A stretch of 64,000 bases of DNA from Firmicutes bacterium HGW-Firmicutes-9. GTDB lineage: Bacteria; Bacillota; Clostridia; Christensenellales; CAG-138. The notes under the pieces were generated by a model that did not search any database, was not told where the DNA came from, and saw nothing but the letters and a program-made list of their open reading frames with translations. Shown here piece after piece: positions 37,037-45,470 of the stretch. Position 1 is the first letter of the stretch, and every line of letters starts with the position of its first letter. The DNA lies in assembly GCA_002841395.1 (NCBI GenBank), contig PGZM01000001.1, positions 298,089-362,088 on the forward strand, written 5' to 3'. The position numbers and the translations under genes were made by a program.

Positions 37037-37855
37037 TTATCGAACGTTGTCCAGAATTTCTTGATATCGCTTTGTCGCGAGTTCGCTTTTCTCGCCTTTT
37101 TTACAGAAGTCGAGCTTGGCGAGCTTTGCATGCGGGCGTTCGACGACGATCTGTCCGTCTTTTAACTTGGATTGCAGCACGGAAAGCGCATCCTGAAAGC
37201 GTGGGTCGCGCTTTGCCGCGTCGTAAAACGAGAGTACATAGACATAATAGAACAAGTTATAGTTCAAGAACGGGAACGACACTTGGTGAAACAATGTGCC
37301 GATGCCGTAGTGGCACGGCCCAAGCGGTGCACGCGTCACCCAGTGCGAGAGCAAAAACTCGACTGCACGGTTCAGCCGCTCGTCGTTGTTTAAGTATGTT
37401 GTATGGCGGAACACGTCCAGTGCGGTCAGTGTCGGTCCGGGATTCGATGCCTCGGTTTCCGGCCCATGCCCGAAAAAGAACTTGTTGCAGCGCCAACCGC
37501 CGTCTTCATACTGCGTGTCGAGCAAGTGTGAGAGCGTCGCCTCCAGCCGACTGTCCTGCGCAAAACCGAGCGCGCAGAGCGTCTTTGCCGCATGAATTGT
37601 TTGGCAGGGGAAGATGCTGCTCTTGGGAACAAGTGAAAACCTACCATCCGGACGCTGTGCCTGCCAGATCAGCGCGCTCGCGCCGTCCAGCATCGGGTGC
37701 GACAGATCCAAGCCAAGCTCCGTCAGCGTGTAGGAGGCCTCCAGTGTCGAGAAAGGCCCGCCTTTGATCAGGTTGCCGTCCGGCGTCGCCCAGAGGTCGC
37801 CGCCGTTGTCACGGCTTCTTTCAATAATATATTGTATATCTTTGGGATAATTCAT
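37037..37855 (-). CDS. Prenyltransferase/squalene-oxidase-repeat (alpha/alpha-toroid) protein
   Basis: Repeated aromatic/Gly motifs: NGGDLWATPDG, RPDGRFS, YEDGGWRC. Confidence 0.45.
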   Translation of the reverse strand: MNYPKDIQYIIERSRDNGGDLWATPDGNLIKGGPFSTLEASYTLTELGLDLSHPMLDGASALIWQAQRPDGRFSLVPKSSIFPCQTIHAAKTLCALGFAQDSRLEATLSHLLDTQYEDGGWRCNKFFFGHGPETEASNPGPTLTALDVFRHTTYLNNDERLNRAVEFLLSHWVTRAPLGPCHYGIGTLFHQVSFPFLNYNLFYYVYVLSFYDAAKRDPRFQDALSVLQSKLKDGQIVVERPHAKLAKLDFCKKGEKSELATKRYQEILDNVR

Positions 37856-37930
37856 GATATTTCGTTCCTTTCCTGAGGAAAGTGCTATAATAGAAGCAGT
37901 CCATCCGATATCGTCGGAACGCGTGCTTCA

Positions 37931-38428
37931 TCATGAAAGCTTTTTCTCGTAAAGATAGAACAACCCTTTGCGATAGACGATTTCACCTGCTTTTACGTAC
38001 CCGCGGGATTCGTACAGATGCAATGCCACGGGATTTTGCGAGAATGCATCGAGCCGAATTGCGTTAATGCCGCGCGTGAGCACCTCGGTTTCCAGTGCTT
38101 CCATCGCCGTTTGTGCAACGCGTTGCCCTTGAAAGTCCGGGTGGACGCAAAGACGGTGCAGCACCACAAAGCTTGGTTCATCGTAACGCCATGCGGCCGG
38201 TTCATAGTCCCCCGCGTGACATTCTTCCAGAACATATGCAACCGCAATTCGTTCGCCAATGCAACCTACATGCATTTGACCCCTGATGATATCTTCACGG
38301 ATGATGGATTCGGTGGGGTACTTTTCATCCCACTGAGGAATGCCAATCTTGTCCATCTGCCGCGTCGCGGCACGATAAAGCGACATAAGCTGCGGTAGAT
38401 CATACTCGGTTGCTGCTAAAAACTCCAT
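37931..38428 (-). CDS. GNAT-family N-acetyltransferase
   Basis: ATG at 38428 follows GGAGG. LCVHPDFQGQRVAQTAM acetyl-CoA-binding motif. Confidence 0.8.
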   Translation of the reverse strand: MEFLAATEYDLPQLMSLYRAATRQMDKIGIPQWDEKYPTESIIREDIIRGQMHVGCIGERIAVAYVLEECHAGDYEPAAWRYDEPSFVVLHRLCVHPDFQGQRVAQTAMEALETEVLTRGINAIRLDAFSQNPVALHLYESRGYVKAGEIVYRKGLFYLYEKKLS

Positions 38429-38979
38429 CAAAGCCTCCGCATTTGAAAGATACACTATTATACCGCGCGGTATGCGCAAAATCACCAAAAACTTTGCTAA
38501 TCTGTCGCATAGAAGTCACCGTATTTGCATGAATATACAACACCGAATTACGCGTTGCGTTGCCTGCGATTTTTCAAGTGCAGGAGACAGCACTTTCCAA
38601 AAAGGGCTTAAAACCTGGCTTTTTCATGTAAAAGGCAACAGCGGTGTGAATTTTTTGTTGACTTCATGCGTGCATATATGTTTATATATAATATAAACGC
38701 ATGGTCATATGATCAGGCAACTATATACGTTGAGATCGGGCGTATTTACGTACGCCCGAAATGATTGTACCAGACGGGATAAAGTCTTCTTTTTAGGCAC
38801 ATCGGTCCCAGTGCCTGCTGCGCAGGCATGAGCCGGATTACTGGCAAGACACGGTTCAAGATCTTTGAATTCTGACGAGTGCGTCAACTCAACGGCACGG
38901 ATGATTTGTTGCCAACAAACATCCGAACAACAAATTTGTGAGGTGCTTGCATGAAAAAGCAACACGGTGGTAGCGTCAA

Positions 38980-39894
38980 ATGCTGAAATATGGTATTAAG
39001 CGCGTATTCGCAGCTATTCTGGCCGTTATCATTCTGATCACCGCTACATTCTTCCTGATGCACATGGTGCCCGGCAGTCCGTTTCTTTCCGAGCGCATGA
39101 CCGACAAGGTCAAGGCGAATCTCGAAAAGAAGTATGGTCTCGACAAGCCGCTTACCACGCAATATCTGATCTATGTAGACAACCTTTTGCAAGGCGACAT
39201 GGGAACATCCTTGCAGAAAAAGGGTCGCTCTGTCGTCGGTATTATCGAAGAGAAATTTCCATACTCTGCAAAGCTCGGCGCGTTTGCAATCATACTTGCG
39301 CTCTCGGTCGGCATTCCATTGGGAGCGATCGCTGCAATCAATCATGAGAAATTGATCGATCGATTGGTCATGCTATTTACCACGATCTTTATATCTGTGC
39401 CTGGATTTGTATTTGGTACATTGCTGCTTGTCATATTCTGCGCGATATTAAAAATCGCGCCTGCAACATGGACCGATTCGCCAGCCAACTACGTGCTCCC
39501 CGTGATTTCGCTTTCGTTCTATCCGATCTGCTATATCACGAAGCTGACACGTTCTTCCATGTTGGAAACGCTTGGACAGGACTATATCAAAACCGCGCAC
39601 GCGAAAGGCCTTTCCGCCTTCAAGGTGCATTTCAAGCATGCGCTGAAGAACTCCGCCATCCCGGTTATCTCGTATGTTGGTCCGCTGACTGCGTTCCTTT
39701 TCTCGGGTACGTTTGCTGTGGAAAAACTCTTTAGCGTTCCTGGTCTGGGCCGGTTCTTCGTGGACAGTGTCTCCAACCGTGATTATCCGGTTATCATGGG
39801 TACAACAATCTTTCTTGGATGCTTGATGGTCATGATGAATCTCATCGTAGATTTCGTCTATGGCATGGTCGATCCCAGAATCAAGTTGCGATAA
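38980..39894 (+). CDS. oppB: Oligopeptide ABC transporter permease OppB
   Basis: MLKYGIKRVFAAILAVIILITATFFLMHMVPGSPF plus an EAA-loop region. Confidence 0.9.
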   Translation: MLKYGIKRVFAAILAVIILITATFFLMHMVPGSPFLSERMTDKVKANLEKKYGLDKPLTTQYLIYVDNLLQGDMGTSLQKKGRSVVGIIEEKFPYSAKLGAFAIILALSVGIPLGAIAAINHEKLIDRLVMLFTTIFISVPGFVFGTLLLVIFCAILKIAPATWTDSPANYVLPVISLSFYPICYITKLTRSSMLETLGQDYIKTAHAKGLSAFKVHFKHALKNSAIPVISYVGPLTAFLFSGTFAVEKLFSVPGLGRFFVDSVSNRDYPVIMGTTIFLGCLMVMMNLIVDFVYGMVDPRIKLR

Positions 39895-39905
39895 GAGAGG
39901 TTGAC

Positions 39906-40937
39906 ATGAAAAAGACAGAAACACAACCGAAGAAAGTCAGCCTACGGCTCAACCCCTTCAGCATGCACGTCAATCCAGATCTGTTTGTTCCCGCGTCGGA
40001 GGAAGAGAAGCAGGAGCTTGTCATCACCCGCGAAGGAACCTCGCTCTGGAAAGACGCGATGCGCCGGTTCCGCAAGAACAAGTTTGCAATGGTCGCCCTT
40101 GGCTTGATCATCCTGCTTGTGCTCTTTGCGTTTGTCGGTCCGCTGCTTTCGCAGTATGACTACGATCAATTCAACCCCGGTCACGAAGACCAGGCGCCAA
40201 ACTGGCAACATCCGTTCGGCACTGACCGATTCGGGCGGGATCTATTAGTTCGCAACATGTACGGTGCGCGCATATCGCTCTCGATCGGTATTATAGCGGC
40301 GGCACTCACGCTTGTGATTGGTTCGCTTTACGGTTCCATCAGCGGATTTACCGGCGGCAGAACCGACAACATCATGATGCGTGTCATCGACATCATCTAC
40401 TCGCTTCCGGATCTGTTGGTCGTAATCCTGTTATCCGCAACATTGAAAGTCCCGCTGGAGAAGATACTCGAATCCAGCGCTGCTTTCTCCGGCATTAGCG
40501 AGCTCGGACCCGCGTTCTTCTCGATGCTCATCGTGTTTGCACTCATGTATTGGGGCACGATGGCGCGTATCGTGCGCGGCGAAGTGCTGCGCATCAAGGA
40601 GCAAGAGTACGTGCTTGCTGCGCGTGCACTCGGTGCAAACAGCGGCAGAATCATCCGCCGCCACGTGCTGCCGAACTGCATCGGTCCCATCATCGTCACC
40701 ACCACGCTGCAGATTCCGTCCGCAATCTTCACCGAATCCTTCCTGAGCTTCATCGGCCTGGGCATTTCCGCGCCGCTTGCTTCGCTCGGTTCGATGGTTA
40801 CGGATGCCTTGCAGGGTGTGTATTCTTATCCCACGCGCGTTGTGTTCCCTTCGGTCATCATCGCGCTGATCATTCTCGCGTTCAATACGGTGGGCGATGC
40901 ACTGCGTGACGTGCTCGACCCCAGAATGAAGAAGTAG
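39906..40937 (+). CDS. oppC: Oligopeptide ABC transporter permease OppC
   Basis: ATG at 39906. OppC N-terminal extension followed by a binding-protein-dependent permease core. Confidence 0.9.
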   Translation: MKKTETQPKKVSLRLNPFSMHVNPDLFVPASEEEKQELVITREGTSLWKDAMRRFRKNKFAMVALGLIILLVLFAFVGPLLSQYDYDQFNPGHEDQAPNWQHPFGTDRFGRDLLVRNMYGARISLSIGIIAAALTLVIGSLYGSISGFTGGRTDNIMMRVIDIIYSLPDLLVVILLSATLKVPLEKILESSAAFSGISELGPAFFSMLIVFALMYWGTMARIVRGEVLRIKEQEYVLAARALGANSGRIIRRHVLPNCIGPIIVTTTLQIPSAIFTESFLSFIGLGISAPLASLGSMVTDALQGVYSYPTRVVFPSVIIALIILAFNTVGDALRDVLDPRMKK

Positions 40938-40947
40938 AGGTGCCGCT

Positions 40948-41934
40948 TTGGAAAACAAACGTTTATTAGACATAGAAGATTTGCGGGTTTCGTTTTTCAC
41001 GCCCGGCGGAGAAGTGCAGGCAGTTCGCGGCATCTCCTGGTTTTTAGAAGAAGGCGAAGCGCTAGGCATCGTCGGCGAATCCGGCAGCGGTAAGTCCGTT
41101 TCCGTTTACGCCGTCATGCGTTTGCTGCAACATCCCGGTCGTGTGGTCGGCGGTACCATCCGCTTTAACGGAACCGATATGTTAAGTCTTTCGGAAGATG
41201 ACATGCGGAAGATTCGCGGAAACGATATCGCGATGATCTTTCAGGACCCGATGACCTCGCTCAACCCGGTGTATACGGTCGGAAACCAGATCGGTGAACC
41301 GCTCAAGCTGCATCTCAACATGAAGGGCAAGCGCGCCCGCGCGCGTGCCGAAGAGTTGCTTGCGCTGGTTGGCATCCCGAATCCTGCGCGCAGACTCAAA
41401 CAGTATCCGTTTGAGTTTTCGGGCGGTATGCGTCAGCGTGCGATGATCGCAATGGCGCTTGCCTGCGAACCGAAACTGCTGATCGCGGACGAACCGACGA
41501 CCGCACTCGACGTTACGATTCAGGCGCAGATTCTGGAGATCATGAAGGATCTCAAGAACCGGCGTAATATGAGCATCGTGCTGATTACGCATGATCTCGG
41601 CATCGTGTCCGATATCTGCGACAAGATCATCATCATGTATGGCGGCGAGATCATGGAATATGGTCCAATCAACAGCCTCTATAAGAATCCGAGCCATCCT
41701 TACACCGAGGGGCTCATCAATTCTCTGCCTAAGATCGATCAGCCAGAGGGAACCCCGCTTACCCCGATTGAAGGCTCTCCGGTCGATTTGATGCATCCGC
41801 CGGCTGGCTGTCCGTTTGCGTCGCGCTGCGACAAGTGCATGAAGGTATGCTTAACGGAGAAGCCGCCGTATTTTGAGATGGAGCCAAACCATTATTCCGC
41901 TTGCTGGCTCCATTACGACCGGAAGGGAAATTGA
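40948..41934 (+). CDS. oppD: Oligopeptide ABC transporter ATPase OppD
   Basis: TTG start 5 nt after AGAGGTG. GESGSGKSV, FSGGMRQR, and a C-terminal oligopeptide-type Cys motif GCPFASRC. Confidence 0.9.
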   Translation: MENKRLLDIEDLRVSFFTPGGEVQAVRGISWFLEEGEALGIVGESGSGKSVSVYAVMRLLQHPGRVVGGTIRFNGTDMLSLSEDDMRKIRGNDIAMIFQDPMTSLNPVYTVGNQIGEPLKLHLNMKGKRARARAEELLALVGIPNPARRLKQYPFEFSGGMRQRAMIAMALACEPKLLIADEPTTALDVTIQAQILEIMKDLKNRRNMSIVLITHDLGIVSDICDKIIIMYGGEIMEYGPINSLYKNPSHPYTEGLINSLPKIDQPEGTPLTPIEGSPVDLMHPPAGCPFASRCDKCMKVCLTEKPPYFEMEPNHYSACWLHYDRKGN

Positions 41935-41937
41935 GCC

Positions 41938-42903
41938 ATGGAAAAGCTGCTCGAGATTAGTCACCTCAAGAAACACTTCATCATCAAAGGCGAGAAGGCC
42001 GGTCATAACCGCCTGCGCGCTGTTGAAGATGTCTCCTTTGACATCTATAAAGGCGAAACGCTGGGTCTCGTCGGTGAATCCGGAAGCGGTAAAACGACAG
42101 CCGGACGTACGCTCCTGCGACTCTACGAGCCGTCCGGCGGTTCGATCATCTATGATGGCAAAGACATCACAAAAGTTCCGATTCAACCGTATCGTCGCAA
42201 GATGCAATACATCTTTCAGGATCCATATGCCTCTCTCAACCCGCGTATGACGGTTGGCGATATCGTCGGAGAAGCGATCGATATTCACAAGCTTTGCAGC
42301 AGTAAGGCGGATCGTTCCGAGCGAATCGAACATCTGCTTGAGCAGGTTGGCTTAAACAGCGAACAGGCGACGCGTTATCCGCATGAGTTCTCCGGCGGTC
42401 AGCGTCAGAGAATCGGTATCGCCCGCGCGCTAGCGGTCGAACCGGAGTTCATTGTCTGCGACGAGCCGGTCTCCGCGCTGGATGTTTCCATTCAAGCGCA
42501 GATCATCAATATGCTCGAGAAGCTGCAGCAGGATATGGGACTTACGTATCTATTCATTGCGCATGATCTCGCGGTCGTCAAGCATATTTCACAGCGCATC
42601 GGCGTTATGTATCTTGGCCACATTGTCGAGCTTGCGGAGACGAAAGAACTCCACGCGCAACCGTTGCACCCCTATACGCGCGCGCTGCTTTCCGCCATCC
42701 CCGCGTTTGATCCGGAAGTCAACAAGGCTCGTAGACGTATAATTCTGGAAGGTGAAATTCCGAATCCCTTGACGCCTCCGAAGGGCTGCGTTTTTTCGAC
42801 GCGTTGCCCGTATGCAAAGGAAATCTGTCAGCAGGAAGTTCCTGCGCTGAAGGATTTGAGTTGCGGCCATCAGGTCGCCTGCCATTTCGCCGGCGAAATC
42901 TAA
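41938..42903 (+). CDS. oppF: Oligopeptide ABC transporter ATPase OppF
   Basis: GESGSGKTT, FSGGQRQR and GCVFSTRCPYA. Confidence 0.9.
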   Translation: MEKLLEISHLKKHFIIKGEKAGHNRLRAVEDVSFDIYKGETLGLVGESGSGKTTAGRTLLRLYEPSGGSIIYDGKDITKVPIQPYRRKMQYIFQDPYASLNPRMTVGDIVGEAIDIHKLCSSKADRSERIEHLLEQVGLNSEQATRYPHEFSGGQRQRIGIARALAVEPEFIVCDEPVSALDVSIQAQIINMLEKLQQDMGLTYLFIAHDLAVVKHISQRIGVMYLGHIVELAETKELHAQPLHPYTRALLSAIPAFDPEVNKARRRIILEGEIPNPLTPPKGCVFSTRCPYAKEICQQEVPALKDLSCGHQVACHFAGEI

Positions 42904-42907
42904 ACAA

Positions 42908-42936
42908 GTTCCCCATCAGGCACGGGCCTGTTAATA
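42908..42936 (+). repeat. 29-bp direct repeat copy 1 in the oppF-oppA spacer (contains a 5-bp hairpin)
   Basis: gttccccatcaggcacgggcctgttaata is identical to 43022-43050. Internal hairpin caggc-acgg-gcctg. Confidence 0.85.
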
Positions 42937-43021
42937 TCCATAATTCTATCCGAAATGAGAAGATCCCTGTTCCGTGCGAAGGCAATCAAAGCAGTTGCCG
43001 TTTCGCATAAGAACCAAAGAT

Positions 43022-43050
43022 GTTCCCCATCAGGCACGGGCCTGTTAATA
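43022..43050 (+). repeat. 29-bp direct repeat copy 2, ending 3 nt before the oppA RBS
   Basis: Identical to 42908-42936. Confidence 0.85.
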
Positions 43051-43068
43051 AACAAGGAGGAAGATGGA

Positions 43069-44787
43069 ATGAAAAAGACACTTACCCTAGTACTCACTCT
43101 TGTCATGATCGTGTCTCTGGCGTTTGGCATGTTCGCATGCAAGACGGCGGAACCTGCCGCACCGGCAGCACCGACAACTGAGGAAGCTGCGCCCGCCGAC
43201 GCGACGGAAGCGCCCGCTCCCGCAGAACCGACCAGCGCGACCGTTTGCGTTGGACCGGAACCCGCAACGCTCGACCCGAACATGAATGAAGCGGTCGACG
43301 GCATGATCTACATCACGCACCTGTATGAAGGTCTCTATCGCCCGAACACCGACGGCTCGTTCTCGCTCGGTCAGGCGAAAGATATCACGATTACGGATAA
43401 CGCTGATGGCACCGCGCATGTGGTCGCCAACCTGCGTGATGACATTTTCTGGAGCGACGGCAAACCCGTCACCGCCCAGGATTTCGTGTATTCTTGGGTT
43501 CGTCTGTGCGATCCGGCCACCGGCTCGTCCTACGGCTACATCGGCCAGGACTTCTTTGCCAATGGTCATGAAGTTGCTGATGGCACCATCACCCCGGATA
43601 TGCTGAGCGTCAAAGCGGTTGACGACAAGACTCTTGAGTTTGATATCGCCGCGAACGTTCCGTACACCAAGGACCTTCTGGCGTTCCCGAGCCTGATGCC
43701 GCTGCGTCAGGATATCGTGGAAGCGAATCCCGAAGGCTGGTCCGTTGAGCCTGAGACCCAGGTTGCCAACGGCCGTTACATCCTCTCTGAGTTTGCTCAC
43801 GAGAGCCAGATCGTTCTGACGAAGAACCCCGAGTATTGGGAAGCGGACACCACGCTGCTCGATACCCTCAACTGCATGCTCTCCGATGACGACAACGCCA
43901 TCCTGGCCGCGTTCAAATCCGGAGACCTCCAGCTGGCTGACTCCTTCCCGTCCGACGAGCTTGCCGCTCTGCGTGAAACCCCTGAGTACACGCAGTTTGG
44001 TCAGATCGGCCTGTACTACCTCGAGATCCAGCAGATCGACGGCGGCCTCGATGTCCTGAAAGACGTCAACGTCCGCAAGGCGCTCTCTCTGGCGATCGAC
44101 CGTGACTTTGTCAACCAGACCGTCTGGGCTGACTCCCGCATTCCCGCCTACTCGCTCGTTCCTTACGGCGTACCGGATGCCACCCCTGGCTCCGACTTCC
44201 GTAAGACCGCCGGCGAAACCGTTGGGGGCGATATCTCCACCGATTACGCAGCAAACGTAGCAAAAGCGAAGGAACTCCTCGCCGCAGCCGGCTATCCGGA
44301 TGGCGCGGGCTTCCCGAAACTCGAGTTCTCCATCAATGAGAACACCGGCCACCAGGCGGTTGCCGAAGCGATCATGCAGATGTGGAGCCAGAACCTCGGT
44401 ATCCAGGTGGAAATCGCCACCATGGATTGGCCGACGTTCCAGCAGTACCGCAAGACCTCTGACTGCGAAGTCGCACGTCAGGGTTGGATCGGTGACTACA
44501 CGGATCCCGCAACCTTCTTTGATCTCTTTGTGAGCACCGCCGGCACGAACGACGGTCACTACAACAACCCGGAATATGATGCACTGGTTATCGGCGCCCG
44601 CACGGAAATGGATCCTGCGAAGCGTATGGAAATGTACCATCAGGCCGAAGCCATCTTCATGAACGATATGCCGGTCGTCCCGATCGTGTTCTATGCTGAC
44701 GACGTTCTGTCGCAGACGAACTTCACGGGCTTTGGCGTAACGGGCACGGGCCTGAAGATGTTCTGGGGCGCAACTGTCGCCGAGTAA
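43069..44787 (+). CDS. oppA: Oligopeptide ABC transporter substrate-binding lipoprotein OppA
   Basis: ATG at 43069 follows AAGGAGG. Signal peptide and lipobox MKKTLTLVLTLVMIVSLAFGMFAC. Family-5 SBP length. Confidence 0.9.
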   Translation: MKKTLTLVLTLVMIVSLAFGMFACKTAEPAAPAAPTTEEAAPADATEAPAPAEPTSATVCVGPEPATLDPNMNEAVDGMIYITHLYEGLYRPNTDGSFSLGQAKDITITDNADGTAHVVANLRDDIFWSDGKPVTAQDFVYSWVRLCDPATGSSYGYIGQDFFANGHEVADGTITPDMLSVKAVDDKTLEFDIAANVPYTKDLLAFPSLMPLRQDIVEANPEGWSVEPETQVANGRYILSEFAHESQIVLTKNPEYWEADTTLLDTLNCMLSDDDNAILAAFKSGDLQLADSFPSDELAALRETPEYTQFGQIGLYYLEIQQIDGGLDVLKDVNVRKALSLAIDRDFVNQTVWADSRIPAYSLVPYGVPDATPGSDFRKTAGETVGGDISTDYAANVAKAKELLAAAGYPDGAGFPKLEFSINENTGHQAVAEAIMQMWSQNLGIQVEIATMDWPTFQQYRKTSDCEVARQGWIGDYTDPATFFDLFVSTAGTNDGHYNNPEYDALVIGARTEMDPAKRMEMYHQAEAIFMNDMPVVPIVFYADDVLSQTNFTGFGVTGTGLKMFWGATVAE

Positions 44788-44814
44788 GAACATACTTCCG
44801 TCAACCTAGCAACG

Positions 44815-44855
44815 ACAGCCCCGCAGACTTGTTCTGTGGGGCTGTTACTTTTTTA
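44815..44855 (+). terminator. Intrinsic terminator after oppA
   Basis: acagccccgcaga-cttgt-tctgtggggctgt followed by tactttttt. Confidence 0.8.
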
Positions 44856-44928
44856 CGCTGGAACACATGCGTAAGATTATGATATGATGGCGTTACTCGT
44901 AAATTCCAAAAAACAAGGAGCAGCAAAA

Positions 44929-45402
44929 ATGAAGTTTTCCGGTACATTGCTCGTGGTAAAAGATATCAACCGCGCAAGAAAGCTCTACGAAGGGTTGCTT
45001 GGCTGCGAGGTCGCCATGGATCAAGGCGTATACCTTGCTTACACAAACGGTGTCGCCCTGCAGGAAGAGAAGACATGGCTTTCGTTCATCGATCGCGATG
45101 AGGACGAGATCGTCTACGGCGCGAACAATATGGAACTCTATTTTGAGGAGCACGAGATCGAGTCGTTCTATATCCGTCTTCAAGTATTTGATATAGAGCT
45201 GATTCACGATTTGCATGAGCATAGCTGGGGGCAAAGAGCGGTGCGCTTCTATGACTTAGACGGGCACGTCATCGAAGTCGGCGAACACATGGGTGATGTT
45301 GCGCGTCGATTCCTTCACGAGGGAATGACGCATGAAGAAGCAGCGAAGCGCATGCAAGTGCCGCCTGAGCTGCTTGAGTCGTTTTTGAACGATAAAGAAT
45401 AA
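44929..45402 (+). CDS. VOC (glyoxalase/bleomycin-resistance) family protein
   Basis: ATG at 44929 follows AAGGAG. MKFSGTLLVVKDINRARKLYEGLLGCEV and WGQRAVRFYDLDGHVIEV. Confidence 0.65.
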   Translation: MKFSGTLLVVKDINRARKLYEGLLGCEVAMDQGVYLAYTNGVALQEEKTWLSFIDRDEDEIVYGANNMELYFEEHEIESFYIRLQVFDIELIHDLHEHSWGQRAVRFYDLDGHVIEVGEHMGDVARRFLHEGMTHEEAAKRMQVPPELLESFLNDKE

Positions 45403-45432
45403 AATATTGAAGACAAGTATTACGAAAAAAAC

Positions 45433-45455
45433 AAGGGCGCCGGTAGGCGCCCTTT
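45433..45455. terminator. Bidirectional terminator
   Basis: aagggcgcc-ggta-ggcgccctt flanked by an A-run and a T. Confidence 0.65.
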
Positions 45456-45470
45456 GTGATGTGATTTGTA

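Noticed and set aside
38489-38979. T-box or other known leader upstream of the opp operon
   Set aside because: Several hairpins are present (for example cgggcgta-tttacg-tacgcccg at about 38745-38768). There is no T-box sequence, specifier-loop context or other recognisable riboswitch core, so only the uORF is reported.
43087-44793. 568-aa minus-strand ORF
   Set aside because: Antisense to oppA, which has an RBS, a lipobox and family-5 SBP features. The composition is biased towards Arg, Gly, Val and Asp.
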